Positions 33,395 to 46,337 of a stretch of DNA of 64,000 nt are shown here, piece after piece. The stretch is from Rebecca billardiae RCC1528 (lineage: Eukaryota; Protista; Haptophyta), in assembly GCA_965240325.2 (NCBI GenBank), contig OZ251238.1, positions 496,001 to 560,000 on the forward strand, given 5' to 3'. The notes below the pieces were generated by a model, which searched no databases, was not told where the DNA came from, and worked only from the letters and a program-made list of their open reading frames with translations. The translations under genes and the position numbers were made by a program. How positions within the stretch are numbered: position 1 is the first letter of the stretch; every line of letters begins with the position of its first letter.

Positions 33395-34089
33395 ACCGAG
33401 CTGCCTCCGGGGGGACGTTTAATAGGTGGCGCTTGCCGGAGCGTACGCAGCAGCCGCGCCCCGGCTCGGTCGGGTGATGGGGTAGGGTAGGGACGACGAA
33501 CGAACGACGGAGGGCGTAGGGACTAGGGTAGGGTTGATGGGCGCTCGCTGGTCGGTGGCGGTGGGGCAGTGGGGCGTGCACTGTGCGCGTGCTGCGGGGG
33601 CGCCCAGGCACCCTGCCCGAGACGAGCCAGCGGCTGTGCGATGTGTCAGGCGGCCAGAGCCTAGGCTGCCAGCACTGCTGCTGCGCGCGCATGAGTGGCG
33701 GGCCCGAGTGCCACACGCAGCATCGTGCTGCACGCGGGCAAGACGCTGCGTCGGAGCTGGCTGGAGCTGGAGATGGGCGCGCGCTGCTACTCGTCGCGCC
33801 GGTCGCGCCAAGCACGCGCATGCTCTGCGACGTGCTGGCAGCGGGCATAGAGGAGGCGCCCGTCGCGCGCCTCACCGTCTTGGCGACGCGCTGCCTACGT
33901 GCTCGGCGTTGCGCGCGGCACCGTTGGCACCCACTGGCGAAGCTGATGCCATGCCTGAGCGCCGCGACCTGCGGCACGGGCACTTTTGACCTGCAGCTAG
34001 CGCACGGCGCGGCGAGGCGCCCGGTGGACGAGCTGCGGGGCGTGGGCGCAAAGGATGAGTCGGTGCGCACAGCAACTCAGCAAAAGTCA

Positions 34090-35200
34090 CACAGGCGGCG
34101 TGCGCACCACGCGTGGCTCGCCGCTCGCGCTAGCCGCTGGCCACCAGGCGAACCGCTCGCCCTGGGCGCATCGGCCCGCCTCCTCGCGCCGCCTGGCGCA
34201 GCACGTGCGCACCGGCGGGCGCGCAGGGGACGGTAAGCGTGGCGCGACCGAGGGCGGCTCAGGGCTCACACCGCGCGCGCCGCGCCCACATCCATTTGTC
34301 CCCCCGGCGGCGCGCACGGGCGGCGCGCGCGCGGCACGTGGCTCGCCGCTAGCCACCAGGCGAACCGCTCCCCTGGGCGCATCGGCCCGCCTCCTCGCGC
34401 CGCTTGGCGCGCCGCGTGCGCACCGGCGGGCGCGCAGGGGACGGTAAGCGTGGCGCGACCGAGGGCGGCTCAGGGCTCACACCGCGCGCGCCGCGCCCAC
34501 ATCCATTTGTCCCCCCGGCGGCCGGCGCACGCGGGCGGCGCGCGCGCGGCACGTGGCTCGCCGCTAGCCACCAGGCGAGCCGCTCCCCTGGGCGCATCGG
34601 CCCGCCTCCTCGCGCCGCTTGGCGCGCCGCGTGCGCACCGGCGGGCGCGCAGGGGACGGTAAGCGTGGCGCGACCGAGGGCGGCTCAGGGCTCACACCGC
34701 GCGCGCCGCGCCCACATCCATTTGTCCCCCCGGCGGCCGGCGCACGCGGGCGGCGCGCGCGCGGCACGTGGCTCGCCGCTAGCCACCAGGCGAGCCGCTC
34801 CCCTGGGCGCATCGGCCCGCCTCCTCGCGCCGCCTGGCGCGCCGCGTGCGCACCGGCGGGCGCGCAGGGGACGGTAAGCGTGGCGCGACCGAGGGCGGCT
34901 CAGGGCTCACACCGCGCGCGCCGCGCCCACATGCATTTGTCCCCCCGGCGGCGTGCACGGGCGGCGCGCGAGCGGCACGTGGCACGCCGCCGGCCACCAG
35001 GCGAGCCGCTCCCCTGGGCGCATCGCCCCCCCTCCTGGCGCCGCGTTGCTCGCCGCGGGCGCACCGGCGGGCGCGCAGGCGACTGTAAGCATGGCGCGAC
35101 AGAGGGCGGCTCACCTTGCGCACGCCGCGCTGCCAAGTTTTCATTCCTCTTTCCCCCGGCGGCGGCGCGCGGCACGGGCCGCGCAGGCGCACGATTAGCC
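34090..35200. repeat. ~215-bp GC-rich tandem repeat, about 5 units
   Basis: GTGGCTCGCCGCTAGCCACCAGG at 34338, 34553 and 34768, with diverged copies at both ends. An inverted diverged copy lies at about 36290-36610. Confidence 0.9.
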
Positions 35201-37864
35201 ATCGGACCAGCCTATTGCACGCGGCACATTCGTCGCTTGTTCATACGAGCCACGCGCGCGCGGCGTAGCGAGAGCATGCCCCTAGTCGCGGCGCAGTACC
35301 AGCATAGCCTACTAGCCTACCAGCAGCCTACCAGACTGAGCACGCAGTGTCACTGTCAGCCCACTGCGGGCGGTGCCAGGCCGCAGCCGGCCGCCCCGGC
35401 GCGGTCGAACCGTCCCGGCTGCGCCTACTCACTACTACGTATATAGATCGACCAGCAGCCCGTAGTACCACCCGCTACCGCGCAGGACGACTACGACGAC
35501 GCACTTATTAGTGACTCGGCCAGTGTCGGCTCAGCGCGGCACCTCAGCGCAGCAGCGGCACGGCAGTGTCGGTGGACGACCGACACGGGTAATATGGCGG
35601 TCTGTCATCACATATATATATATGTGCGAGTGTCAGGCTACTACATCAATAATATATATATATTAATTATTATTAAACGCGGGCGGCTCGGTTAGATGAC
35701 GGTCCGCGATGACGGACTCGGACGGTCGACTGTGGCCTCTATATGATACTCCGTCGGCTCGCAGACAGATATATATATGCTCGTATATCATATATATATC
35801 AGCAGCAGTAGTAGGCAGCGCATTATCTCGTCACAGAGTCAGCTGACTGGCGCGCCCCGTGATGCCTATCGTGCGCGGGCTGCGCCGCTGCGTCGTCAGA
35901 CGAACGATGATCGATCGATGCTGATGATGTTGCGCGCTGTCATACTGCGCTTGCTTATGGCCGCTGGCGGGCCCGCTGGAGGCGCGGGGCGGCCCGAGCG
36001 CCGCCGCCGGCCGCGCCGCGGGCCCGCCGCACCCGCGGCACTCGGACGGCCGCGCGGGGCCCTGGCAGCGCCTCGGGCGGCGGCGGCGAGTCAGTAGCCC
36101 GCGTAGCGCCGCCCGCGCCGGACTGACAGCAAGTGACGACACGGGACTCCGACAGCCACAGCACGTATAACTATAATAATTACTATCGTCTGGCAGTCGA
36201 TCTGGTAGGTACACTGATAGGCTGGTCTTCAGCTAGCTATGCTGGTGCTGCGCCGCGTGCGGGCGGCGTGAAGCCGGGGGCGTGCTCTCGCTCCGCTGCG
36301 CGCGCGTGGCTCGCCAGTGGAAAAGCGCGAATAATGCGCTGCGTGCGATAGTCGGTTCCGATGGTCAACCGCGCGCCCTGGCGGCCCGTACCGCGCGCCG
36401 CCGCCGGGTAGACAAACGGGGGCGCGGCGCGCGCACGGCGAGCCGCCCTCGGTCGCGACATGCTTACTGTCGTCGCCTGTGCGCCCACCGGTGTGTACGC
36501 GGCGAGCCGTGCGGCGCGAGGAGGTGGGTCGATGCGCCGATCAGGGCCAGCGGCTCGCCTGGTAGGCAGCGGCAGGCAGCGGCGAGCCACGAGCCACGCG
36601 TGCGCCGCTCGTGCACGCCATGGCATGCCCAACGGCGCAGGCTTGAAGCGGCATGGCGCGCGCCCATGATGGCCCCACCTCGAGGATCGACCAGGTCAGG
36701 CACGGCGCGTTGCCCGGTGCGAGTCCGCCTGGTGCGAGTCCTCGCCCGCCTGGTGCGAGTCGTCGTCGTCTCGTCGAGCTGAGCCGAGCACCGTCGGAGG
36801 GAGGGCGGACACGCGCTGTGTGAACCGGGCAGAGCTTGCAGGAACCGCTGCGAAGCGGAGGCGAGGTGGCGAGCAAGCATCGTCACTGCGCGCAAGTCTC
36901 TGGAGCCGGCGAAGTTCTATCCTCGAGGATCCGCTGAGACATGGTTTTCCTCCAAGTCCCGCGCCGATCCTCGAGGATACGTCTGCCCCTTCTCTCTCCT
37001 CTGAAAGCTCCTGAGCCCGTCTTCGGCTCAGCGGGCTCATGACCGTTGAGCTCCCGGACACAGTGCGCGCAGGTGCGCCTCGCTTCGAGGCGAGATGAGC
37101 ACCAAGGCCCGTCACAGCGCCCGTCGCGCGCGCTTGACTGCGGCGGCCGAGATGGCTGGAGCGGCGGCGCGTTGCGCTCATCCTCAGTGCACACTTGTAA
37201 GCGACCTTCGGCGCAGCAAACATGTGCTGCCTTGGGCCCTCCTCCGCCTGCTAGCGCGGCTCGACTGCAACGGTCGCCAAAGCCAAGCATTGCCTACTGA
37301 GTCCGCTTCTGCCCGCGACACGCGCTTGAATGGCGCCTTGAGCGCACGCGCATTGGAAACACACACACTGGCCCTCTCTCCAGACAGCGCGCGCCTGGCT
37401 CTTGCAGCGTACTCTGTGCGATGAAGCGGTGGCGTAGGCGCCTGCCGGCCTGTTGTTGAAACGCACCCGCTCGGCTAGTGAGCATGGGCGCAGAAGACGC
37501 CGGGAAGCCGAGACATGAGCGCTGGAAGGGGTTCCGAGGTACTACCAGACCAGCCCACCTGGCGCGCCGTCGCACAGCCCTCGCCTACGCGCACGCGCAC
37601 GACCAGAGCGAAGCTGGCCGCGCGGCGGACGGCCATTTCTTTTCAAATGTTTTCGCTGAGTCAGCGGGCCGGCCCCCGACGGAGCTTGACGTACTGGGCT
37701 GGGACGGGTGGTGTGAATGTATTAACATCTGTCAGTCGCGGGCGGTCATTTTTCCGTGCAACCTGTCTCGGAGGCACGCGCTCGAGAGCGCGCTCTGACA
37801 CGACACGGGGAGGGTGCTGCACCTGGATGTCGTATCCCAGCCACAGGGCAGTCACTACAAAAAA

Positions 37865-39725
37865 TCCCCGCTGGCGGAGCATCGTGGGAGACCCAGACCC
37901 TCCGCCGGCGGAGATTTTTGTGGCCACGAAAAATCCCCGCTGGCGGAGCATGGGCGTTCCACGAATGCTCCGCTGGCAGTGGAGCCTCGGCTAGGCCAAT
38001 GTCATTATTGATGACTGGCTTGACTTGAGCTGAGCTCCGCTGGCGGAGCTTTGGTGGCGGAGCATGTCATATTGGAGTGTTGCGTAGCCGTCAACCGTCA
38101 TCAGAATCCATATGACAGTATCCACACTCAACCTCCGCTGGCGGAGCTCGCAGACCTATTTGACTTGAACTGAGCTCCGCTGGCGGAGCCTCGACTGCGC
38201 CGAATGCATGTCATTATTAATGACCCACTTGACTCGTGTACTGAGCTCCACTGGCGGAGCCTCGGCTGCACCGAATGTTATTGTTGACGACCCACTTGAC
38301 TTGAACTGAGCTCCGCTGGCGGAGCTTTGGTGGCGCCGTATGTCATATTGGAGTAATGCGAAGCCGTTAATCGTAATCATCATCCATATTCACACGTAAC
38401 CTCCGCTGGCGAAGCCCACTGGCCTATTCGACTTGAACTGAGCTCCGCTGGCGGAGCCTCGGCTGCGCCGAATGTCATTATTGATGACCCACTTGACTTG
38501 AACTGAGCTCCGCTGGCGGAGCTTTGGTGGCGCCGTATGTCATATTGGAGTAATACGAAGCCGTTAACCGTAATCATCATCCATTTTGACACGTAACCTC
38601 CGCTGGCGGAGCTCGCAGACCTATTTGACTTGAACTGAGCTCCGCTGGCGGAGCCTCGGCTGCGCCGAATGTCATTATTAATGACCCACTTGACTAGTGA
38701 ACTGAGCTCCACTGGCGGAGCCTCGGCTGCGCCGAATGTCATTATTGATGACCCACTTGACTTGAACTGAGCTCCGCTGGCGGAGCTTTGGTGGCGCCGT
38801 ATGTCATATTGGAGTAATACGAAGCCGTTAAGCGTAATCATCATCCATATTGACACGTAACCTCCGCTGGCGGAGCACACTGGCCTATTCGACTTGAACT
38901 GAGCTCCGCTGGCGGAGCCTCGGCTGCGCCGAATGTCATTATTGATGACCCACTGGCACTTGACTTGAACTGAGCTCCGCTGGCGGAGCTTTGGCGGCGC
39001 CGTATGTCATATTGGAGCAATGCGAAGCCGTTAACCGTAATCATCATCCATATTCACACGTAACCTCCGCTGGCGGAGCTCGCAGACCTATTGGACTTGA
39101 ACTGAGCTCCGCTGGCGGAGCCTCGGCTGCGCCGAGTGTCATTATTGATGATGACCCACTTGACTTGAACTGAGCTCCGCTGGCGGAGCTTTGGTGGCGC
39201 CGTATGTCATATTGGAGTAATGCGAAGCCGTTAACCGTAATCATCATCCATATTCACAGCACGTAACCTCCGCTGGCGGAGCTCGCAGACCTATTTGACT
39301 TAAACTAAGCTCCGCTGGCGGAGCCTCGACTGCGCCGAATGTCATTATTGATGACCCACTTGACTTGAACTGAGCTCCGCTGGCGGAGCTTTGGTGGCGC
39401 CGTATATCATATTGATGGAGTAATGCGAAGCCGTTAACCGTAATCATCATCCATATTCACACGTAACCTCCGCTGGCGGAGCTCGCAGACCTATTGGACT
39501 TGAACTAAGCTCCGCTGGCGGAGCCTCGACTGCGCCGAATGTCATTATTAATGACCCACTTGACTTGAACTGAGCTCCGCTGGCGGAGCTTTGCTGGCGC
39601 CGTATGTCATATTGGAGTAATGCGAATCGTTAATCAACGTAATCATATCCATATTGACACTCAACCTCCGCTGGCCGAGCTCGCTGATCTATTCGACTCG
39701 AACTGAGCTCCGCTGGCGGAGCCTC
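37865..39725 (+). repeat. Subterminal array of palindromic CTCCGCTGGCGGAG motifs in a ~200-bp higher-order unit (left arm)
   Basis: About 30 copies separated by three recurring AT-richer linkers. Confidence 0.95.
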
Positions 39726-40339
39726 GGCTTGCGGTTTGCTGCAATTGGGGCTGGGCTCAGCATGGGGCAGCTGTTCACAGCCCAGGCGGGGCGTCCCCCG
39801 CCTGTGGACCGCCGGTGGGCAGGGCCGACGGCGTCGCAGAGCTCATGCGTGGGAGCAGCGCGTTGAGGAAGCGATCAAGGTCGAGAAGGAAGGGGCAAGC
39901 AGCAGGGGCTGCCGGTACGGTACGTTTGTACATGCCTCCACACCGGTGCACATCACCCTTGCTCACTGCAGTGAACAGTGCTGTCACTCATCTCATCCTC
40001 GCTCACCATGCAGTGACGGCCGAACTGCGGCGAACACTCACCGGCACCGAACACGCATCGGCGGTGCCCGCTGGCGCTGGCATGCTGTCCTCTACTTGCT
40101 GTCGGACAGCAAGGAGACGGCACCGCCGCATATCTGCGAGCGGGCGAGGTGCTGTCCTCTACTCAGCGAGGCTGAGAGGCTGAGCACGGATCACGGATGG
40201 TGAGCCCTGGATTCTCAACGCATCCAGGAGAGCAGTTGGTGCATGACTGTGCTCAGACGTGCAGGACCAACCATCCGGTGCTGCTTCGAGCACCCGCGCC
40301 AACATTCAACAACGGCGGCACTCAACTCCACGCTGCTGA

Positions 40340-41600
40340 TGCGGCCGCACGGCTGCAGGGATGGTAGTTGGTACCACGGCGGGCGACGGCGGGCGCAGCA
40401 GCTCGCAGCTCAAAGTTGTGCGCCAGTGGGGCCTGGGCGCCGGGCGCACCGAGCGCGGTGACGCTGCTCACCTCGCCCAGCGCGCTGGAGCCGCTGTCAT
40501 CCGACGCTGCTGTGCCCGCGTCCAGCTTGGGCTGCAGCAGCTGCGCTCGACTCCGCGCCGAGTGCGGCAGCAGCAGCGGGGATGGTGCCACGGCGGGCGG
40601 CGGCAGTCGCCGCAGCTGGCAGCTCGGTGGCTCTCGCCTGAGGGGTCTGGACGGTGGACGCACCGAGCGCGGTGACGCTGCTCGCCTCGCCCAGCGCGCT
40701 GGAGCCGCTGCCATCCAGCGGTGCGGTGTCCGCGCCCAGCCGGAGCAGAAGGAGATGCGCTCGACTCCGCACCCGTGCGGTGGCAGCAGCAGGGATGGTA
40801 TCAAGGCGGGCGGCGGCAGGCGCTGCAGCTGGCAGCTCGGTGGTGCCTGCCCGAGGGACCTGGGCGACGGACGTGCCGAGCGAGCTGACGCCCCTCGCCT
40901 CCCCTATCACGCTCGAGCCGCTGCCATTTGATGCTGCTGCAGCGTTCGGGCAGCTGCAGACTCTGCGCTCGACTCCACGCCGCGTGCGGCCGCAGGCAGC
41001 AGCAGCAGCGGGCCCGAGGGGCCTGGGCCACGGACGCGCCGAGCGCGGTGACGCCTCTCGCCGCGCTCAGCGCGCTGGAGCCGCTGCCACCGGGCGCTGC
41101 TGCGCCCGCGTCCAGCTTGGGCTGCAGCAGGCCGCTCAATCAACTCCTCGCCGAGTGCGGCGGCAGCAGCAGGGACGTTGCCACGGCGGGCGGCGGCTAT
41201 CACTTTGGCTGGCAGCTCGGTGGTGCCTGCCCGAGGGGCCTGGGTGGTGGATGCACCGAGCGCGGTGACGTCGCTCGCCTCGCCCAGCGCGCTGGACCCG
41301 CTGCCATCCGGCGCTGCGGTGTCCGCACCCAGCTGGAGCATCAGGAGGTGCGCTCGACTCCGCACCCGTGCGGCGGCAGCAGCAGGGATGGTATCACGGC
41401 GGGCGGCGGCAGTCGCTGCAGCTGGCAGCTCGGTAGTGCCTGCCCGAGGAACCTGGGCGACTGACGCGCCGAGCGAGCTGACGCCCCTCGCCTCCCCTAT
41501 CACGCTCGAGCCGCTGCCATTTGATGCTGTTGCAGCGTTCGGGCAGCTGCAGACTCTGCGCTGGACTCCACGCCGCATGCGGCCGCAGGCAGCAGCAGCA
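40340..41600. repeat. Diverged ~214-bp GC-rich tandem repeat (inner arm; mirrored at about 42500-43780)
   Basis: GAGCGCGGTGACG-type motif near 40451, 40665, 40878, 41041, 41258 and 41471. Confidence 0.8.
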
Positions 41601-44399
41601 GCAGGCTGGTCATTAACAGCTGCTGTCAGATCTCCGTGACTGCTCGGTTGCTGCGTACGAACCAGGTGGGTGAGCCGCTGAGTCGCAGGGGCCGCATGAA
41701 TTAACTGGCGACCGCACGCCGGTATAGGCTTAAGACGGCGTACGTCCGTGAGTCCCAATCAGCAGCGCAGGAGTTTTGAGAACGCGGTGACTGTTCACAC
41801 GCAGCTACTGTTATTATGAGGGCGCTATTCCTTCATCGATAGTAGTATAGTAAGCTACTACGCTGCCGGCCTCGCCCTCAGCACTATATTGACGGCATAT
41901 GGAGGCGCAGGTCCGCCTGACCGCTATATATTGCATCTTCATCATGATGATGACGAGTTGATGATGACGATGACGATAACGACTCCTCCAATTCCTGAGT
42001 CATAAGTGTGACACCGCCACTGGACACGGGCTACTTACGTACTCAGCTCGGATCATTCGCGCCTGCTACTGGTAGTCGGGCTCCGGTCAGCGGGGAGTGC
42101 GCGGCGGATCATCATCATCAGTCATATCAGCAGTGCTATCTGATGCATAGCCATATCGCTGCACAGTGATGTCGTAGTACTGATGATGCGTGCGCTGAGA
42201 TCTGGGCCGCGGCACTTCGGCGGCGCGCCTTGCTCGGCCTCACCGACGCCGGGCCATACTTGTTCGCGCGCCCGGCGCCGGGCTAGCTCAAAGAGCTGAC
42301 CGCAGCGGCTCCCGCGCCCCGGAAGGCCTGCGGCCCTCACAGGTCATTGGCAGGCAGCAGTGTCCGGGACTGAAGCCTGCCGGGTTCTCCCCGATTCGAA
42401 TTCACCGATGTGACCGAGGTACCGCCTGCTGCCGTCAGCCGGCGGAAGAAGTGTCACAACGGCTGCTGCTGGCCAGCATATCGGACGCGTGCATCAGCGT
42501 CACCGCATTGGGCGCGTCTGCCGCCCAGGCCCCTCGCGCGCACACAACCGAGCTGATCGCTGCATCCACCACCGCCGCCCGCCGTGGCGCCTTCCCTGCT
42601 ACTGCAGCCGCACTCGGCGCGGAGTCGAGCGCAGCTGCTGCTGCCTAAGCCGGTCACGCCCCTCGGGCGCGCACCACCGAGATGCCAGCTGCATCGACCG
42701 CCACCGCCCGCCGAGGCATCATCCCTCGCACTGGCGCGGAGTCGAGCGCAGCTGCCAGCTGTGACAGCTAGCTGCCCCGGCGGGGCGCGGAGCCGCGGAC
42801 ACCGCAGCGCCGGATGGCAGCGGGTCCAGCGCGCTGGGCGAGGCGAGCGACGTCACCGCGCTCGGTGCATCCACCACCCAGGCCCCTCGGGCAGGCACCA
42901 CCGAGCTGCCAGCCAAAGTGATAGCCGCCGCCCGCCGTGGCAACGTCCCTGCTGCTGCCGCCGCACTCGGCGAGGAGTTGATTGAGCGGCCTGCTGCAGC
43001 CCAAGCTGGACGCGGGCGCAGCAGCGCCCGGTGGCAGCGGCTCCAGCGCGCTGAGCGCGGCGAGAGGCGTCACCGCGCTCGGCGCGTCCGTGGCCCAGGC
43101 CCCTCGGGCCCGCTGCTGCTGCTGCCTGCGGCCGCACGCGGCGTGGAGTCGAGCGCAGAGTCTGCAGCTGCCCGAACGCTGCAGCAGCATCAAATGGCAG
43201 CGGCTCGAGCGTGATAGGGGAGGCGAGGGGCGTCAGCTCGCTCGGCACGTCCGTCGCCCAGGTCCCTCGGGCAGGCACCACCGAGCTGCCAGCTGCAGCG
43301 CCTGCCGCCGCCCGCCTTGATACCATCCCTGCTGCTGCCGCCGCACGGGTGCGGAGTCGAGCGCATCTCCTTCTGCTCCGGCTGGGCGCGGACACCGCAC
43401 CGCTGGATGGCAGCGGCTCCAGCGCGCTGGGCGAGGCGAGCAGCGTCACCGCGCTCGGTGCGTCCACCGTCCAGACCCCTCAGGCGAGAGCCACCGAGCT
43501 GCCAGCTGCGGCGACTGCCGCCGCCCGCCGTGGCACCATCCCCGCTGCTGCTGCCGCACTCGGCGCGGAGTCGAGCGCAGCTGCTGCAGCCCAAGCTGGA
43601 CGCGGGCACAGCAGCGTCGGATGACAGCGGCTCCAGCGCGCTGGGCGAGGTGAGCAGCGTCACCGCGCTCGGTGCGCCCGGCGCCCAGGCCCCACTGGCG
43701 CACAACTTTGAGCTGCGAGCTGCTGCGCCCGCCGTCGCCCGCCGTGGTACCAACTACCATCCCTGCAGCCGTGCGGCCGCATCAGCAGCGTGGAGTTGAG
43801 TGCCGCCGTTGTTGAATGTTGGCGCGGGTGCTCGAAGCAGCACCGGATGGTTGGTCCTGCACGTCTGAGCACAGTCATGCACCAACTGCTCTCCTGGATG
43901 CGTTGAGAATCCAGGGCTCACCATCCGTGATCCGTGCTCAGCCTCTCAGCCTCGCTGAGTAGAGGACAGCACCTCGCCCGCTCGCAGATATGCGGCGGTG
44001 CCGTCTCCTTGCTGTTCGACAGCAAGTACTAGTAGAGGACAGCATGCCAGCGCCAGCGGGCACCGCCGATGCGTGTTCGGTGCCGGTGAGTGTTCGCCGC
44101 AGTTCGGCCGTCACTGCATGGCGAGCGAGGATGAGATGAGTGACAGCACTGTTCACTGCAGTGAGCAAGGGTGATGTGCACCGGTGTGGAGGCATGTACA
44201 AACGTACCGTACCGGCAGCCCCTGCTGCTTGCCCCTTCCTTCTCGACCTTGATGATCGCTTCCTCAACGCGCTGCTCCCACGCATGAGCTCTGCGACGCC
44301 GTCGGCCCTGCCCACCGGCGGTCCACAGGCGGTGACGCCCCGCCTGGGCTGTGAACAGCTGCCCCATGCTGAGCCCAGCCCCACTTGCAGCAAACCGCA

Positions 44400-46337
44400 A
44401 GCCGAGGCTCCGCCAGCGGAGCTCAGTTCGAGTCGAATAGATCAGCGAGCTCGGCCAGCGGAGGTTGAGTGTCAATATGGATATGATTACGTTGATTAAC
44501 GATTCGCATTACTCCAATATGACATACGGCGCCACCAAAGCTCCGCCAGCGGAGCTCAGTTCAAGTCAAGTGGGTCATCAATAATGACATTCGGCGCAGC
44601 CGAGGCTCCGCCAGCGGAGCTCAGTTCAAGTCGAATAGGCCAGTGTGCTCCACCAGCGGAGGTTACGTGTCAATATGGATGATGATTACGCTTAACGGCT
44701 TCGCATTGCTCCAATATGACATACGGCGCCGCCAAAGCTCCGCCAGCGGAGCTCAGTTCAAGTCAAGTGGGTCATCAATAATGACATTCGGCGCAGCCGA
44801 GGCTCCGCCAGCGGAGCTCAGTTCAAGTCGAATAGGCCAGTGTGCTCCGCCAGCGGAGGTTACGTGTCAATATGGATGATGATTACGGTTAACGGCTTCG
44901 TATTACTCCAATATGACATACGGCGCCACCAAAGCTCCGCCAGCGGAGCTCAGTTCAAGTCAAGTGGGTCATCAATAATGACATTCGGCGCAGCCGAGGC
45001 TCCGCCAGTGGAGCTCAGTTCACTAGTCAAGTGGGTCATTAATAATGACATTCGGCGCAGCCGAGGCTCCGCCAGCGGAGCTCAGTTCAAGTCAAATAGG
45101 TCTGCGAGCTCCGCCAGCGGAGGTTACGTGTGAATATGGATGATGATTACGGTTAACGGCTTCGCATTGCTCCAATATGACATACGGCGCCGCCAAAGCT
45201 CCGCCAGCGGAGCTCAGTTCAAGTCAAGTGCCAGTGGGTCATCAATAATGACATTCGGCGCAGCCGAGGCTCCGCCAGCGGAGCTCAGTTCAAGTCGAAT
45301 AGGCCAGTGTGCTCCGCCAGCGGAGGTTACGTGTCAATATGGATGATGATTACGCTTAACGGCTTCGTATTACTCCAATATGACATACGGCGCCACCAAA
45401 GCTCCGCCAGCGGAGCTCAGTTCAAGTCAAGTGGGTCATCAATAATGACATTCGGCGCCGAGCCGAGGCTCCGCCAGTGGAGCTCAGTTCACTAGTCAAG
45501 TGGGTCATTAATAATGACATTCGGCGCAGCCGAGGCTCCGCCAGCGGAGCTCAGTTCAAGTCAAATAGGTCTGCGAGCTCCGCCAGCGGAGGTTACGTGT
45601 CAAAATGGATGATGATTACGGTTAACGGCTTCGTATTACTCCAATATATGACATACGGCGCCACCAAAGCTCCGCCAGCGGAGCTCAGTTCAAGTCAAGT
45701 GGGTCATCAATAATGACATTCGGCGCAGCCGAGGCTCCGCCAGCGGAGCTCAGTTCAAGTCGAATAGGCCAGTGGGCTTCGCCAGCGGAGGTTACGTGTG
45801 AATATGGATGATGATTACGATTAACGGCTTCGCATTACTCCAATATGACATACGGCGCCACCAAAGCTCCGCCAGCGGAGCTCACTGCTCAGTTCAAGTC
45901 AAGTGGGTCGTCAACAATAACATTCGGCGCAGCCGAGGCTCCACCAGTGGAGCTCAGTTTACTAGTCAAGTGGGTCATTAATTATAATGACATTCGGCGC
46001 AGCCGAGGCTCCGCCAGCGGAGCTCAGTTCAAGTCAAATAGGTCTGCGAGCTCCGCCAGCGGAGGTTGAGTGTGGATACTGTCATATATGGATTCTGATG
46101 ACGGTTGACGGCTACGCATCACTCCAATATGACATGCTCCGCCACCATCAAAGCTCCGCCAGCGGAGCTCAGCTCAAGTCAAGTCAGTCATCAATAATGA
46201 CATTGGCCTAGCCGAGGCTCCACCAGCGGAGCATTCGTGGAACGCCCATGCTCCGCCAGCGGGGATTTTTCGTGGCCACAAAAATCTCCGCCGGCGGAGG
46301 GTCTGGGCCCCTTGCCCGGATGCTCCGCCAGCGGAGA
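44400..46337 (-). repeat. Inverted copy of the palindrome array (right arm)
   Basis: CTCCGCCAGCGGAG copies with the same linkers, reverse-complemented. Confidence 0.95.

Noticed and set aside
38156-39450. Repeated short MMITVNGFALLQYD ORFs as a peptide gene array
   Set aside because: They are translations of the ~200-bp satellite unit, and indels between units do not preserve frame.
37865-39725. CRISPR array (palindromic repeat with spacers), mirrored at 44400-46337
   Set aside because: The 'spacers' are only three recurring linkers of very different lengths. There are no cas genes, the context is eukaryotic, and the array lies inside CACTA termini.
42350-42415. tRNA-like sequence (GATTCGAATTC resembles a T-loop)
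   Set aside because: No acceptor stem, D-arm or anticodon arm could be folded.
40322-43799. Mirrored 100-280 aa ORFs in the inner arms
   Set aside because: GC-rich tandem repeat translations, open on both strands, with no domain signal.
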